Under the pieces are notes generated by a model. It searched no databases, was not told the DNA's origin, and saw only the letters and a program-made list of their open reading frames with translations. Made by a program: the position numbers and the translations under genes. Shown here in pieces: positions 63,337 to 64,000 of a DNA stretch of 64,000 bases (position 1 is the first letter of the stretch; the number at the start of each line of letters is the position of its first letter). Source of the stretch: Bugula neritina (Eukaryota; Animalia; Bryozoa); NCBI GenBank assembly GCA_964035545.1, contig OZ037767.1, forward strand, positions 12,100,581 to 12,164,580. The letters are read 5' to 3'.

Positions 63337-64000
63337 GCATCAAATAATATGCAGCACCTGAATCACTCTCAATAAGTCTATGAAATTACTGTTGCAAATT
63401 TTCACCAATAAAAAGGAAGAATGTAGCTGTCTAAGCCAATATATTTCACAGAAAGTAACAGCAATTATCGATGCAGTAAAAGCAAGGTTATTATTATAAT
63501 ATAATTATCATATAAAGTTGTAATTATCTGCTACTGTCACTATTATCCATCATATTTAACATAGTAACAGTAGTTTCGCCTTGGGCCAGATTGGCCTCTA
63601 GGTCATATTAGCTGAGAGCTGTAACAGAGAAAATTGGTCACCACCAGGTGAGGAAATTATATTTGGCATAGATTGGGTTTCTTATTTTGAATTTGGCAAT
63701 TGGGTTGAAGCAGACTGCCTGATGTCCCACATGCATAACTTTCAATGGTAAAACTATCCGGTGGAACTTGTACTATTTGAAAGTTCCATGCCTCTTGTCA
63801 AAATAGGACATATGGCTATTGTTATAATTTTGACCATTAGCTAACTATGGTTATAGCTTCAACCTGACTATGACTAAAATGAGAAGTGTTTTATCTCAGA
63901 GCAAAGCTAGTTCCACTAGTTGTCCACTTGAAAATATTAATGATGGAATTGAGTTTCATACAATGAATAATAACAGCATGACCAGACACTTGGTAGGTTA

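Overview
AT-rich, intron-rich animal genomic DNA; the taxon cannot be fixed from sequence alone. Five protein-coding genes were rebuilt by hand from GT-AG sites and reading phase: (1) the last exon of a probable ATG14/Barkor (+, 89-347); (2) a complete DCC/neogenin/frazzled netrin receptor (-, 3306-23472; 26 exons, about 1482 aa, plus a candidate 375-nt cassette exon between Ig2 and Ig3); (3) Integrator subunit INTS5 (-, 27521-43831; 19 exons, about 892 aa); (4) Rab9 (+, 51427-54487); (5) a stum/SPEC3-family membrane protein (-, 56159-63080). Introns are packed with locus-specific minisatellites, and most long ORFs in the supplied track are artefacts of these. The main unexplained pattern is that at least seven minisatellites are tandem amplifications of, or start at, a 5' splice site, giving arrays of 2 to about 70 decoy donors; four of them are in INTS5. 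Also present: two copies of a tRNA-derived SINE with a V-domain-like core, two fold-back palindromes, and kilobase tracts of degenerate hexamer DNA found mainly in 5' intergenic regions. No CRISPR array, rRNA or genuine tRNA was seen.
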